NCBI GenBank assembly: GCA_903813345.2 | Contig: CAIIXF020000001.1 | Span: 17,422,001-17,486,000, forward strand | Reading direction: 5' to 3' | DNA: 64,000 nucleotides | From: Owenia fusiformis | Taxonomy: Eukaryota | Shown: positions 1 through 13,400 of the stretch, piece after piece | How positions within the stretch are numbered: position 1 is the first letter of the stretch | Layout: each line of letters begins with the position of its first letter | Translations under genes and position numbers: made by a program | Notes under the pieces: generated by a model | Databases searched by the model: none | What the model was told of the DNA's origin: nothing | The model's input: only the letters and a program-made list of their open reading frames with translations

Positions 1-574
1 CCCCCTCCTGGCTACGCCAATGACATTGTAAGACAATTTGAAAAACAAGACAAATCAATCTTACTCTATTTTCAATAGTTTGTTTGTTGGTACGTGAATT
101 GTTTTGATTATGATTTAAATCTGTAAATAGCTATCGTTGCTTTAGCAGGGAGGTGACGTGTTAATTTACATGATTTTGATTATTAATCATAATTTAAGTT
201 ATCCCAATTTTCGACAAAATGTCCACTGAATTGTAAATTGTTATGTCTTACAATGTCATAGGCGTAGCCAGGAGATGGTGCGATGGTGCGATCGCACCCC
301 CCCCCATAACCGATGAAAATATGGCCATGACGATAGAGGAAGAAAAGAGCCTTAAATATACTTTTTATTTGAAGCTTCTAGCTCAATTTTGAAGGATGTT
401 ACATACATTTTTGTGAATTCAAAACAAATCTTACACGTTTTCTCATAATCTAATTATGTTATATATTCGTATTTTTCGTTTTATGGGTACCCGTTTTTTG
501 ACCGGGTTCCGGGTACCAAGTTTGAACCCAGCATGGAGGATTTACTACCCGGTATTTCTACAATGCACCCTTTC

Positions 575-985
575 TAGATATCAGCGTCCATTTATTGTAA
601 CTCGCGTTTGCTAACATTTGCTCAGTTCTGAGATGAAGGCCACACGGATAGTAAAAAGCCCAATGTTAGAACTATTTTTGACCTACATCCCTATTTTCGT
701 AATTAAAATGAAAGTTGAACCCTTCCTCTTTATTTTGATACCAAACAACAGCATGCTAGGTACTTAAAATTAGGTAAATTTTACTCCTCAAAAGTGCAAA
801 AACTTAGCTTCTTTTATAAGATAAGATAATCACAATATAGGGGATTGCAACAATTTCGGAAATTCGCGGAGGTCAAAAACCACATTTGCGGGACTTCGCG
901 GGACATTGCGGGACACGCGAATTAGCCTAATTTTGATCAAATTCGCGGGATAATCCCGCCATTTGCGGGACACTTGACAGCTCTG
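575..985 (-). mobile_element. One-ended fragment of the CAGAGCTGTCAA-terminated DNA transposon family (full copy at 57999-59171)
   Basis: Reverse-complement match to about 57999-58520; ends gcgggacacttgacagctctg; GCGGGA subterminal repeats. Confidence 0.8.
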
Positions 986-1280
986 ATAGCATTGCAAATT
1001 ATTTGAACAAAAGTCGACAAAATGTATGTACCTGATGGGATCGGGACATTGCAGACGTCACATTTCAATGCCATGGCTGAAGAAATGCCCCGAAATATTC
1101 AAAATATCTGCATATACATTTTAATTTCAAAATTTCATTTTGAACCGGAAACAGGTACGTTTCGTGACAAACCACAAATAGATTAATCGGTATACAAAGA
1201 TTTCCACATGAACGATGAACAAACTTCGAAAATTTTGGGCGGTTCGAAATATGACCAATCAAAATTCACCTGGAAACAAA

Positions 1281-1461
1281 ATGGCAGCGCCCTGGGTCTG
1301 GCATGCAAATTTAGATTTTTTACGTTTATTTAGACAATGTTGGAGAGTGCAGCGTTGCGTCTCACATGGAATGGTTGCAGAATTATCAAACAGTGGCAGG
1401 TTGCTTCATGCGAGCTCATCCCTTAGGAAATCTGGCCACAAGTCTTCTAATATAACAAAAG
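1281..1461 (+). CDS. MTPAP: MTPAP exon 1 (mitochondrial presequence-like)
   Basis: caaaATGGCAGCG start; Arg/Leu/Ser-rich peptide; donor AAAG|gtgaat in phase 1. Confidence 0.75.
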
Positions 1462-4400
1462 GTGAATAAATCAATTTAGTTTTTCTTTGACTTTTGAGGA
1501 TTTTTGCAGGCTTGTCAGGGGCCTCGTTTCTTATCCCCATGACTAGGTCTAACCATGGGCTTTCAATTAGAGTTGAAAGATGAAAGCTCATGGTCTACAG
1601 GTGCTCCCATGGTAATGATTTACTTACTTACAGGGAAGCCTGACACTCTTATTACCCAGTGAGCACCTGTGGTCTAACCTCCATAATCATTTTGATTTTG
1701 ACAATTTGTTTTAATAGTTCCGCAGGTTTCGACATGCGGAACTAATTAACCCTGATTTCATGTAAATACATGATCATGTAGCTTATAAATAATGTGATCC
1801 AAACCAGCATACATATCTCATGAATCAATACACACCATCCCATATCCTCATGTGACCATATTTATGTATAATTACATATTGGAGACTGCTTTGGAACCAA
1901 CAGAAAATGCCTGTCAGTTTCTGTCAACATCAAAATTGCAAATCGTATCAGAAAACAACAACGAACTAACAAACAGTAGGTTTACAATAAATAACTACTT
2001 TGCGTGTATACATCAATATAAATCAATCAAAGATGCGTGTTATCTTCCAAATTGATCTTTTAATTGTCCCAAGTTTAATCGCGATAGTAATTATCAATTT
2101 ATTTGACAACAATTTTGTTTTGTTTGACTTTAGCGGGGACGTCAGATTGTTCATTTTACACATATAATGGAGGAAAATTGATTTGAATCGTTCCAAGATT
2201 TGCGACCTTTGAAAACATATCACGGATGTTAAACTTCATCCGGCCCCAAGTAAGATCAGATTAATGAATAAGCCTGATAAGGTTTAACTAGTTTGTTAAG
2301 GTTCAGCTGGAAAGTAGCATTTTGGTAAAAAATTGCTATACCTGCATATGTTATTTTCTGTTACTGGTAGCTCCTGTGTTGTCTGGAAACTTTGAAAGAA
2401 AATTTGAAAAAATAGAAAATGTGAAATATCAGAATTTCCTGGAGTTCCCATTGAACGCCTACCAGATATTCTAAAAGAAGACGATGCAATGATACTTTCC
2501 TGAAAAAAGCAAGGAAATTGACACATGCCTTCATACTTTATTTTGTACCAGAAAATAACATGTGCAGGTATAGCAATTTTTTACCAAAATGTTACTTTCC
2601 AGCTGTACCTTAAACTAGCTTGTCAACTGTGCCGGAGTTTGCGTATTTGTCACCCATTTGCAGAAGGATTTGAAGTCACGTCAGTTTTTTTTGCGTGACA
2701 GAATATGTCACTCAAGTACACATTTTTCTGATTATTGTCAAGCAAAAGTATTTTAAAAAAACATCAAAAAACATATACAAAAAAAAGAATGCAGTTTGTT
2801 CGGAATTTTCACACAAATTGCGTATTTGTCATGCATTTGCTTCGAATTCGCCATGATGTTACACCAAATGTAGAATGAGGAATCCTCTTGGTTGATCTGA
2901 AATTTTTAGGGACATGTACTCTTGCATGTATAGTGACTTTTAATAATAACACACTATCCAATCATCATAATAGTGCTAAATGTTGGTATATCAATCCTTC
3001 TTGATATTCTATTTGAATGTGCGAATCAATATTGTTCATCCTTTGTCTCGATTATTTTACAGGTAGGCTTTCAGGCTTTCAAGCTCGTCAAGATCACCTT
3101 AGGAGACAGGCAAGATGTAGCATTCTGGTTCAAGTTCCCAGCAAAACAAAGTGCAGTTCAATCTTGCAGTACTGTGAAAAGCGTGCCGGAAAAATTGTCA
3201 AGGCTTACCATTTCAGTAATTCTAAGGTAGGGTATGAACTGTCGGTCTTAATTCAGTTACAGGCAACATGTTACCCGAGACATAAAACATTATATGTCTC
3301 TGAACCTCTGATATTACAGAGATGAGTTAAATGTGATTTAAGAAAAATTACATCATTGTTTTACATTACAATATCTTTTGCTCACAGGGTCATACAGTCA
3401 TTACTTTTTTCATAAAAAATAATTTTCATATTTTATTGGATGGTTTAATTTGTGATGCTCATTTATTATATTGCCTACCAGTTTTTCCAGGAGAATCTAG
3501 GCTCACAACATTAATCAAACAGTAAGATAGTATTATGTTGCATGTAAAGAGAAGTTTCAGTTTCCTTGTTGTGATGCCAATTTTCTAAAAAGTTCATCAG
3601 AGCTGACATTATTTATAATGCTTTGATTGACAAGGTTCTTCAGCAAATATTTTGAAAAATCCCTTTTTTAATTTTAATTAATTTGGATTTTCACAATTTT
3701 ACATGCTTAATTTATTTCCTGTAGGATTACACTTTGATCGAGTTTGCTGATGAATCTTCAGTTAAAAACATTACTAAACATGCTAGATTCTTCATGCCAA
3801 ATAAAAGAGGAAACCAATACTACGGGACCCAATATGGAAGTATACCAGTTCAGACTCGATTGATGTTCTACAGTGGAGTGGAGCTAGAAAAATCAGTAGC
3901 AGGATGGACGACTTCAAAATATTCAGTGCCATTTGAGTCAGAAACACCTCCACACAATCTCATTCAAACATTGCAAGGAGCAAAAAATGTAAGATTTAAA
4001 TGAAAGTTTGTTTTTAAACATCTTATAGTTTAGATTGGTGGTTTTATAGCTAACTGGAATAAAAGATGTCATTCTCATATTTTGTTTACTGTATGGCTAC
4101 CTTTTGGGCCATTGATTGTCACAGAGATTTTTACTGTCTTATTCTTATTTGTAGTCAGTTATCAATATAACTCTGTCTGAACTTGTAATTATCTCATCAA
4201 ACGAATAAATTTTTCATTTGATATACGAGGGGTGATCAATAAGTAATGGACACTTTTTTACACAGATGCCTTTTATCGACCAATCCCTTCCATTTTCTTA
4301 CCAGTGATACATCATTCAATTATCTATCAACTCTGAAGATTTGAAGACAATATATAAATTACATATTGATATATCCTTATTTCCGTGAAGGAGGTACAGG

Positions 4401-7400
4401 TACCCCGGGACCGACATTTACGTCACATATTCTGAAGCTATTTTAGATTGTTTAACATGCAATGCAGTTGAATGCAGGCTGAACAAAACAAACCATTATG
4501 GTCATGAATTACCCCATTTTGTTATGCCTAATAGTTGATCTTGAATATTTTATCATCACTATGTGGTATTCATGTCACATTCATTCCACAGGGCCCTCTA
4601 AATAGGTTCCATCAAGTGCTACATGTACACAATTCCCTATCCTCTTAACTCAAGATTGTGAGACAAGGCTGAATCCATTCTCTGACATGGTAGCAAGATG
4701 CAGTTGCACGGTTGTTTTATTTCATCAATGTCAATAAACCTGCGTCCTTTTTCTGTAGAAATAAGTACTGTAGATTGGGTTAATTTGGCGCTACTTAATT
4801 TGGCGATTTTGCCATTTTTGGCATATTGGCGGCTATTTAATTTGGCGGATATGCAAAAAATAGAATTAACTTATGCGCTGTTTGCGAATTACCATGTTTA
4901 GCTATGTTCATTTTTTCTTTTGAGGACCACTGGCGATACTCACCACGTTTGTACATTTTTGTGAGATCATCCTTTACATTTTGCACCTCGATCGATGCTG
5001 CTACTATACCATGCTTTTCCTTTCTAGTTTTTCCCCGAGTATTAATGAGTGACTGACCAGTTCTGAGCCAATTTATGAGAGACATTTTCATAATTTTTGA
5101 AAAAACTTAACCGGAAGTGACATAAATACACTGGACGAAATACCCTAGATAATTCCCGGGGATTCATTTTAAGTTTTGGCGAAGATTTATATTGGCGAAT
5201 TTTTCAATTTCGCCAAATTCGCCAAATTAAAGCGGGCGCCAAATTAACCCAATCTACAGTAGTATAGAAATAAACAAGTCACATGTGAGCAGATCTGGAC
5301 AATATGGTGCATTGGCCAAGGGCTCAATTTTGAGGTCCAGGGATATTGTTTTCTGAACTTTTTGAGATCTGTGGGCAGGTGCATTGTCCATATGGAGTAG
5401 GGTGTTCCCTTCTCTCCCCACCCCTTATTCCACAATGCTCTCTCAAATTGACCTGCAAACCCCTTCCATACAACACTCTGACATTACAATACTTTCTGTT
5501 CATGTGTTACCAGTCAGCAAAAAATTTTAAACAACACAACACTTGTTGCATATAAAACGTTCAAATCTTACTGAAATTTACCAAACTGGCTAAAAACTGA
5601 ATATGTGACGTAAATGTAGGTCCCGGGGTACCTGTACCTCCTTCAAGGAAATAAGGATATATCAATATGTATTATATATTTTGTCTTCAAATCTTCAGAA
5701 TTGATAGATAATTGAATGATGAATCACTTGTAGGAAAATCAAAGGGATTGGTCTATAGAAAGTATCTGTGTAAAAAAGCGTCCATTACTTATTGATCACC
5801 CCTCGTACTGTAATTTTCGCGCTTTTCAAGAGTTTTGGAAAATTCGCGAAGTATTATAGCCACAAAAGGAGCATGTAAGATATGGCAAGCCATTTTCAAA
5901 GTGCTATATCTTTAATTCTAAGAATACTTTAACCACAAAAACAAATGCTTCTGTTAGATCCATGTCTTGTCTTCAATAAATGACAGTAGGGTGATAATCA
6001 AGTTGAATGGATTATCTCTTAAGCTGTTCCTAATCCAACCATCTTCACCAATTTTTCCTAATTCGGACGCAATTTTCACCAAAAATGCAGCATTTTATAT
6101 CAGCTTTTATGGCAAAATTACAATTTATTGTAAGGAATGATCTACCTCTAAAAAGGAAAACGTGATTAGTTTGGGATTAGGATAATCCAAAAACAATAAC
6201 TTTTTTAGGCCGAAGTTTTGACCTAAAAGTAGCAATTTTTTAATGAGATTAATGCACGAAAACATTGAGCTATGTCACATGATTGATTTCCAAAAAGAAA
6301 AAAATGATCTAAATGAGATAAGCATTATCTGATAATCCATTTGTCATTTTTACCTCATAGGCCATGACCTTAGTGTGAAGTGTATGAAAAGATGTCACTT
6401 AGAGCTACATTTAGATGTACCCTATTTTATGCAATGATGTTTATAGATAGAGTTATATATGTTCCATAGATGGCATGATATATTCTACATGGGTGAGTGC
6501 TAAATACTCTGTGTATTCATTGTTGCATAATTGCGTATTATAGAAATGAGCATGGATATGTCAACATGACTGGGTCGTGTAAAGTATGTACAGTAAAACA
6601 TAAATGTGTTTAACACCTAGCAAAACACATAAGAGGAAATACTTGATAATATATTTGAATTGTATAGTGTAAATGAATATTTGAAATATTACACATTTGC
6701 GATGTTTCAACAAACATGATTCAATACCATCTTATTTGAATTAACTCTTCCCATGTGTATCTTTCTTTATCATCAACCATATTGGGTGTTTCGAAAGTGC
6801 CTTATGTAAAGGAGTTTGCTGTAAATGATCTTTCGAATAGTGTTATATGTAGTAGGTATTGATACAGGTACCACTGTATACAGAGTACATGCAAATAATA
6901 ATTTTCTCCAATGGTTTGGCCAAACATTTGTTGCATTTTTTGTTCATTTCAAATTTTATTGGATTGTTTTTGCTGATTGGGATTTTTATGGAATAAACAG
7001 TTTAATGCGTTTAGACAATAGGTATATGGCCTTGTGTAATTATGATATTGTCACTTGATCACTGTATATTCTCAGTCAATACTTCGGACTTTGTATGAAA
7101 AACCTCATACCTTGTACCCACGTACCGCGTACTTGGGGCATGATACATTCTTTGAAGAGTTCAATTCTAACGTTTCAGATTATTCAGATTATATGAATTG
7201 TAGGTGCATTAATGCACTTGTAGACCTACGTGTATGTCTTATAGATCTAACATTTTTCTAGTCATAAATAAGGCCAGAATTGCAAAATTGTTTACCTTTG
7301 CTATTTTATCCTCGATAAAAAATGCCTAATTGAAATGCTCATTCACTATAGAGCCAATCTACACTAAAACGTTTTTTATTTGCTGGGAAAGGAGGAGGGA

Positions 7401-10400
7401 AGTTAGTGCAACAGATTTTGGACAGTCATATGTTTGAATTTGGCCATTTCTTGGGGATTTAAACAGGTGCATATGACAGGCGAATGTTTTACCTCCAGGA
7501 AAATCACTTCTAAATATGATAAAATAATTTGGACTCTGAGACAGGGTAGATGCAAACAACCCACCCACATGTTTTTTCTGAAATGTTTTCCTGATTTTCA
7601 ACCCCTTCCATCCTTGCTTTTTTAATTTTTCTTGCATCAATATGTTGCGTTTTGACACACAGTTAATCCCTTAAAAGGAATAAATAATTCCATTTAGATA
7701 AAGTGGAAAACAATATTTCCCATGTTATTTTCCCATAGGAAAAATCATTGCTTTCAGCTAAGTTTGGTCACCCATAATGGGTATCTTTAAAACCCCTGAA
7801 GGAATCACTTATTCCTTTAAAGTGGTTAACTATGTGTCAAAATGCAACATATTGATGCAAGAAAAATTAAAAAAGCAGGGATGGAAGGGGTCTAAAATTA
7901 GGAAAACATTTCAGAAAAATCATGTGGGTGGGTTGTTTGCATCTACCCTGTCTCAAAGTCGAAATTATTTTATCATCTCTAGAAGTGATTTTCCTGGAGG
8001 TAATGCATTGGCCTAACATATGCAATTGTTTAAATCCTCAGAAAATGGCCAAAATCCAACATATGACTGTCCAAAATCTGTTGCGCTAATTTCCCTCCTC
8101 CTTTCAGGAAGTCATCTAAAAGGTGTCACCTATATTGCAACATTTAGATTGCTCCCCCATTTAATATGGAATCATCATCCACTGTTAAACACAACTGCAC
8201 AAATTACACTGTCGTGTGTTGGGGTGAATTTACGATTCCTGAGACTACAATAATCTTAAATCATGCTGTGATTAAATAAAATGATACCCTGACATATTTA
8301 AAACTTATTTATAATGGATTTTTCTCTATTGAAAAGTCCTTTGAATGGCGCTATTTTGACAATCAATGAAAAACTAAAATTAACAATTCTGGCTTTAATT
8401 TATGACTCTATATCTATCTATCTTTGACAAGACGAATTTCACATCTATGGATACTATGAATGTATTTATACCTCAGATAGCATCAGATTGAATAATCTTT
8501 TAGAACTTTAATAATTGAACCCTTCAAAAACTGTATCACCACCCATGTACATGGGTATGAGATACGAATGTCACCACCTTCTAGTTAAAGTCAAATCTTG
8601 AAAAGAAAAAGGTTATTTGAAGCAAGTTGAAAAATGCCTTTCTGAACTTTTTGAACTTGAGAGGTCAAATGTCAAATCAAAAGTCAGATTTGACCTCTGA
8701 GAACTTGTAGGTGATTTTGAAAATTCGGTCAAGTTCGAAGCAAGTTGAAAAATACCTTTTAGACAATCTTTACTTTGAGGTCATTGACGGTCAATAATTG
8801 TAAAATTTAAAGTCAGATTTGAATTTTTGAGACCCTGAAGATCATTTTGAAAAAATGATCGATTTGAAGACCTTTTTCACCTTCAAGAATGTACAGTAGT
8901 AAGAAAGAGGAGTGCATTCTTGTTGTATTGTTTTTGAAGAATGGACACTGTAAGCTATCTAAAACCAGTGTGTCACGAAATATGATTGACAGTGTTTGGC
9001 TCAATATTACACCTTGACTGTCACATGCAGTGCATTGAAGCTGTACTTATTAAACCATTTTCAATCACTCAATAGTTAAATTGTAAACACAAAATAAATA
9101 CACTTTTTAACTGTACCTTGCCTGATACATGCGGTGCATTGAAGCTGAACCAATTAAACCAACCCACCCCTCTACACATTTACCTCACAGTTAATACAAA
9201 AGAATTTTTCTAAACTTGGATCATGGGTCATTTACCCTTCCTAAGAGTCGGTGTGGGTTTTAAGTTAGATAAATTATTCGAAATGGGTTTTATGAGAACT
9301 AATATCCTCAGGCCAAGCCCCTCTGCTATTATTTCTCATAAAACCCAGTACTCATAGTTTATCCATAACTGAATGAACGATTAGAGGATTCAGTGACCTT
9401 CTATAAAATTACAAACTGAACATGTTGCTATACCTTAGACGACTACCTGGTTGTTATTCACTAAAGGGGGTCTCATTATAGGTTAGCATATAAAAATGCT
9501 TTTGGGTTCAATGACTGCCACATGCACTTGGTTCGGGGTTGTTGCTTTTAGGGGCTGTAATTAGAATTAGAGGTTTTGGTTTTAGTAAGGGATCCCAAAC
9601 TTATCTGTAGGCCATAGGCCTATGTAAAAGTAGTAGTAAGCTTATGAACATCGAGAGCACTCATAAGCTGCCTTCCTACTGCTTTTCTCTAGGCCTATGC
9701 TGTAGGTCAATCAACGAAATTATGATTAAGCTTAGGGGTGCTGTGATTCAAGAAATTAATAAATGCTGCATCTTATATAACACCATTGTAATTAAGGCAA
9801 TTCTTGAGTGGATTTGACCTAGGATGAAGAAACTAGTACATAGGTGACCACGGGCTTTGAAACCCCATTACAAGTAGTATTCGTGAATTCAACTTACAGC
9901 TGCCAGATCAACCTACTATATTATGGCTCATTAGATATAAATAGCACCTGTCACTTTTCATTTGTATTTAAATGAATTTGCATCAACAGTAGGTTAAATC
10001 ATCGCCTTTTACCCAACATATGACATCATGCATGTCATGAATACTATCAAAGTGCAGTCTAATACCGAGTGAGCCAAAAATGTAGCCCAAACAAATTCCG
10101 CATCTGTTAAAGTGTTATTTCGCATAATAAAACCTTGTTTAATGTTCTTTCATTTTACTAAGTTTAATTATTACCACCTTGCCGGGCCAGTTCTAGGGGT
10201 TTTAGTGCTAGTTTAGAAGGCGTTCATTTTACTATGTCGACCTGAGAAATGTGTGACGTCATAGTGGTGGTCCATATGGACCGGTCGAGAATATATTCTG
10301 GACCGGCAATTTTTCCCCGGGAAATTAGATATCGTTCAGTGCGTAAGATTTTCTTGCTATCTCAGCCCTGGTCGTTAACGGTGGTAATAATACTAATGCG

Positions 10401-13400
10401 AGCAATATAGTGAAATATTGGACCTTGGGCCTTCGGCCCTTGGTCCAATATTTCACTATATTGCCCTTAGAAATGACATTATTGTACTATCGACCCTGCC
10501 CAAATAGTCTTGGATTTTATGGCTATAAAACGAAACATGGTCCAAAATGCCAGCCTCATCTCATGACTACGGGCTACTGAGATAATGTCAACCCCTACAA
10601 CAAGTAGAACAATTTCTGTGACGGTGACCTTACATTCTCAACCTACCAGTGCAGGTCTGCCTGAAGGGACGAGGCTGAAATTTGTAGAATGGCTATAGAA
10701 TTGTGACCTTGAGGAATGGACCCATAAAACATGGTTAAATACAAAAAGATTTTACATGGTAAAATTAACTAGATATGATTTCAACTCATACTGGGTGAAT
10801 GAGATAATAACATTTCTTTGGATGACATTTTTTGCCTCACCCTGTAATTCATTTTATTTTCACACTTATTCATTTCAGCCTGCCCAAACAAAGAGTCTAG
10901 GTTGAATAGTCAAAACCAGGCACATGTAATTACAAAGAACTATTCAGTATATAAATAGCTCTACGTGAATGACACAACTGTTTTATACACAAACAATTGT
11001 CAAGGTAAAATACAGGATTAGGGCAATCCATAAGGCTGAGTAAGTCACTATCCGAGTGTTTGAAACAGTCTAACAAACAAATTATTTATGACACTTAGCT
11101 GCCCTCTATTTTGTAATTGTATAACATAAGTATGAAGCACCTTAAAATATCAGAAAAAATACGAAAAAATATGAAAAAAAATACCAAAAAGTAGGTTCAT
11201 AATTAACTTTTCCCCTTTACAGTTTAAATCATGTCTGAAAGTTCACTACAACTTTGCACTAAAAATTATTAAAAAGGCCTGCACTTTTGGTGAAAATTGC
11301 GTCCGAATTAGGGAAAATTGGTGAAGATGGTTGGATTAGGAACAGCTTAAGAGATAATCCATTCAACTTGATTATCATCCTACTGTCATTTATTGAAGAC
11401 AAGACATGGACCTAACAGAAGCATTTGTTTTTGTGGTTAAAGTATTCTTAGAATTAAAGATATAGCACTTTGAAAATGGCTTGCCATATCTTACATGCTC
11501 CTTTGAAAAGTTCTAATTTGTGAAATATAATAGTTGCAAAATTAACAAAAGAAGCAGCACACTTTTTTAGAGTCACATATTGGCGAAATTTCAAAAAATG
11601 AAATGAGCAAAATAAAATAGCCTTGAAAGTTCAAAAACACGAAATATCCAACGAATATTTGAAGTACAGTAATATGAATACTTGTGGCACTTTCACAAGG
11701 TGATATTCAACTAAGCATCATTGAGTTTCACTCATAAAGGTGCACAGTATTCACCTTAATGGAATGAGATACTGTATTTGTACATTTCCTGTAAAACAAC
11801 TTGTTTAAATGGGTTTTTGATTTCTGAAATTCTTAGTATTTTGCATAGGTGTGAATTCATTAAAATTCAGTTTTGTGAAATGAAATCAATAGAAGATTTA
11901 TTTGCTTTAATGTAAATTGAAAACGTCCCATACATTTGCAGATATCTCAGCAGATGTCGATGCTATACAAACAAGAGAGGCTCACAGAACTAGGAATGCG
12001 ACTGCGCTTTCTACACTGCACCATACTGGAGGATCTCCTCACTAGCATCTTCCCATATGTAAAGATAAATCCATTTGGATCATGTGTGAATGGATTTGGA
12101 CAAAGATTGTGTGATCTGGACATGCATATGGATATACAGCCTGAGGTAATACTCCGTAAATATATCATACTGAGGTAAACATGATAGAATTTTGTTCAAT
12201 TTATTACTAAATCATATTTTTGATTAATTTGGTATTTCTTATTTTTTTATTTTATTTTTTCATTTATTTGAATAATGTAGTATTTATAATTACTAGGTAA
12301 CTATGCTTACAAAAGCATGACACACCTATCCTTTCTATCACTTAACTGAAAATGATTTTTCCATGTACATGTCTGTATTAATTTTCCACATGCCTCGTAT
12401 ATACATCTCCTTTATTATTTGCCAATATTCACAGTCAACAATATGCAATGCTCTCTCAAAGTATGTTATTTAGATTATATTGTTTGCAGGAGGTCACAGC
12501 CAGCGAAGCATTGAATTTCCTCACCAAGAAACTGCCAGAAAATGAAAGAATATTCACGCAACACATATTAAACTTTCTGGCTGATATCATCCAAATGTTT
12601 GTGCCTCATTCTGCCAATGTTCTTCGTATAACACATGCCAGTGTGCCAATTATTAAGTTCTACTCTAGAGCGCTAGACATTGACTGTGACCTGTCCATGG
12701 GAAATAGGTAGGTTACAAAGCTGCATTCATTATTAAATATTTTTCATAAATATTTTTTATCACTTTAATAAAACATGAAGATATAACTTAAAAATGATAA
12801 AATTAAAACATGATATTATAAGTTATTGAATGATTTGAAGTGCAATACAGGATACATCTGCTCGAGAAATTCCGTATTGGTACAAGACAAAGTCGAGTGC
12901 CAATACAGAATATTGAGAGCAGAATATATCCTGTATTGCACTTCAAATCATTCTATAAGGTTTTTATCGTGTGATCCTCTGTATTGCTACTGAGAAAGTC
13001 CCCTCCATACCAATGTTTTCTGTATTGCGACGGAGATGATGAATTGGGACTCAGTAGCAATACAGATTGGTACAGCACAAGAACTGACCAATCAGAAGGC
13101 TTCATTTTACGGATCATACGATCATGTGGTTGTAAATCCATTTGCATCTACATGTACTTGAAATTAAATGAAATAAGAAAAAGAAGTTCTGATCAGTTTT
13201 TGACATTTCTGATTCAGAATAGGTTAAATTACAGTTTGCATACAGTTGAGAAAAACTTAAAATACTTGATGATAACAATGTTTCAGATCTGGGCTGTATA
13301 TGTCAGAGTTGTTGTGGTTCCTTGGGGAGATCGACCCCAGAGTTCAGCCCTTAGTCTTCACAATACGCAGCTGGGCCAAGGAACAGTGCCTCACCCAAAA

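Noticed and set aside
7359..8253. Similar ORFs on opposite strands (7359-7658, 7777-8016, 8020-8253)
   Set aside because: Products of a DNA palindrome with no protein motif.
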